NCBI GenBank assembly: GCA_950097015.1
Contig: CATNEN010000038.1
Span: 23,622,001 to 23,686,000 of the forward strand
DNA: 64,000 nucleotides
Direction: 5' to 3'
DNA from: Macrostomum hystrix
Lineage: Eukaryota; Animalia; Platyhelminthes
Shown here: positions 61,655 through 64,000 of the stretch, in pieces
Numbering within the stretch: the first letter of the stretch is position 1
Layout of the letters: each line of letters starts with the position of its first letter
Translations under genes and position numbers: made by a program
The notes under the pieces: generated by a model
Told to the model about the DNA's origin: nothing
What the model saw: the letters and a program-made list of their open reading frames with translations, nothing else
The model's database searches: none

Positions 61655-62752
61655 GGTATCCACAATCCCAAGGCGTTAAAAATCCTAATGTATTCACAAT
61701 CAAAAAGTATTCGCAAAAAGTATTACAATCCCAAGGTATTTACAATCCCATGGTTTTTACAATCCCAGGGTTTTTACAATCCCAAGGTATTTACAATCCC
61801 ATGGTATTTACAATCCTAAGGTATTCACAATCCTAAGGTATTCACAATCCCAATGCTTTTACAATCCCAAGTTATTCACAATCCCAAGTCATTCACAATC
61901 CCAAGGTATTTACAATCCCAAGTTATTCACAATCCCAAGGTATTCACAATCCCAAGGTATTCACAATCCCAAGGTATTCACAATCCCAAGGTATTCACAA
62001 TCCCAAGGTATTCACAATCCCAAGGTATTCACAATCCCAAGGTATTCACAATCCCAAGGTATTCACAATCCCAAGGTATTCACAATCCCAAGGTATTCAC
62101 AATCCCAAGGTATTCACAATCCCAAGGTATTCACAATCCCAAGGTACTCACATTCCCAGGGTATTCACATTCCCAGGGTATTCACAATCCCAGGGTATTC
62201 ACAATCCCAAGGTATTCACAATCCCAAGGTATTCACAATCCCAAGGTATTCACAATCCCAAGTCATTCACAATCCCAAGGTATTTACAATCCCAAGTTAT
62301 TCACAATCCCAAGGTATTCACAATCCCAAGGTATTCACAATCCCAAGGTATTCACAATCCCAAGGTATTCACAATCCCAAGGTATTCACAATCCCAAGGT
62401 ATTCACAATCCCAAGGTATTCACAATCCCAAGGTATTCACAATCCCAAGGTATTCACAATCCCAAGGTATTCACAATCCCAAGGTATTCACATTCCCAGG
62501 GTATTCACAATCCCAGGGTATTCACAATCCCAAGGTATTCACAATCCCAAGTTATTCACAATCCCAAGGTATTCACAATCCCAAGGTATTCACAATCCCA
62601 AGGTATTCACAATCCCAAGGTATTCACAATCCCAAGGTATTCACAATCCCAAGGTATTCACAATCCCAAGGTATTCACAATCCCAAGGTATTCACAATCC
62701 CAAGGTATTCACAATCCCAAGGTATTCACAATCCCAAGGTATTCACAATCCC
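61655..62752. repeat. 17-bp minisatellite (GGTATTCACAATCCCAA)
   Basis: Directly visible. Confidence 0.97.
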
Positions 62753-63174
62753 TTTCCTTAATTTCAATCTTTCGGTTTCAGTTGTCATGGTAAAACAGCA
62801 TGTTTTCTATTTGCATTGACAATGACGCGTTATCCAAGCGAATAAAAGTGTGTTGTTATTGCAAATCTCAAAACAATGCCTAAATATAGACATACGTGAA
62901 GTATGTTGTAAGTTTCAAAGTAAAAAAGCCTGCACCCTTACCTTCTCTTGTTATTTACACAGCTGCTTTTATATACTTTCTCATACACAATAGGGTCATA
63001 AATTATTTCTAAGCGGCGGCAGTGTAGTGTGGCAACTATTTCTAGCACTGGCAGCAGTTCAGCATCGGTGACTGAAGTAAACCCGACTAATTCAATGGCA
63101 ACATTGGCGAAAAAGCATTAGCTTGCGACAGTGACAGGAAAAGTTTCAACTGTTGCATTCCCTAATTGGTTAAT

Positions 63175-64000
63175 GTCCTAGCACGTAATCTCACTGTCTA
63201 ACATGTAATCTCAGTGTCTAACATGTAATATCACTGTCTAACATGTAAACTCAGTGTCTAACATGTAATCTCACTGTCTAACATGTAATCTCACTGTCTA
63301 ACATGTAATCTCACTGTCTAACATGTAATATCACTGTCTATGATGTAATCTCACTGTCTAACATGTAATCTCACTGTCTAACATGTAATCTCACTGTCTA
63401 ACATGTAATCTCACTCTCTAACATTTAATCTCACTGTCTAACATGTAATCCCAGTGTCTAACGTGTTATCTCACTGTCTAACATGTAATCTCACTGTCTA
63501 ACATGTAATCTCAGTGTCTAACATGTAATCTCAGTGTCTAACATTTAATCTCAATGTCTAACGTCACGTAACGTGTAATATCTGTATCCAACATGTGATC
63601 TCGGTGTCTAACATGTGATACCGGTATCTAACGTGTAATCACGGTGTCTAGCATCTAGAATCGATCTGTCTAACATGTAATGTCAGTATCTAACATGTAA
63701 TCTCAATGTCTAACGTGTAATCTCTGTATCTAACATGTGATCTCGGTGTCTAACATGTGATACCGGTGTCTAACGTGTAATCTCGGTGTCTAACATCTAG
63801 AATCGATCTGTCTAACATGTGATCTCTGTGTGTAACATGTGATTTCTGTGTCTAACATGTGATACCGGTGTCTAACGTGTTATCTTGGTGTCTAACATCT
63901 AGAATCGATGTGTCTAACATGTGATCTCGGTGTCTGACATATGATACCGGTGTCTAACGTGTAATCTCGGTGTCTAACATCTAGAATCGATGTGTCTAGC
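63175..64000. repeat. ~20-bp minisatellite (CTCACTGTCTAACATGTAAT), diverging toward the window end
   Basis: Directly visible; runs off the window. Confidence 0.95.

Noticed and set aside
61853-62761. 302-aa PRYSQSQGIHNPKVFTI ORF
   Set aside because: A 17-bp satellite cycling through three frames.

Overview
Eukaryotic (animal) genomic DNA with GT-AG introns, dense intronic minisatellites and tRNA-derived SINEs. The style suggests a flatworm such as Macrostomum; this is inference only. Seven protein-coding genes could be assembled by hand with in-phase splice sites: CEP70-like (-), an ankyrin-repeat + Mab-21/cGAS-like nucleotidyltransferase (cGLR) fusion (+), a 7-EC protocadherin (+), ARMH1 (-), CCT5 (+), GET4 (+), and a RING/coiled-coil/beta-propeller protein ending in a polybasic CaaX box (-). 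Mobile DNA includes an intact DD34D mariner with ~201-bp TIRs, an RTE-like LINE fragment, two SINE families, a probable solo LTR, and a candidate Helentron-like element. The most interesting locus is the ankyrin-cGLR gene (9403-12340). The ORF track splits it in two, but an 85-nt in-phase intron joins it into a ~950-aa protein with a complete catalytic triad. Most long ORFs in 19-25 kb, 28 kb and 52-63 kb are translation artefacts of tandem repeats.
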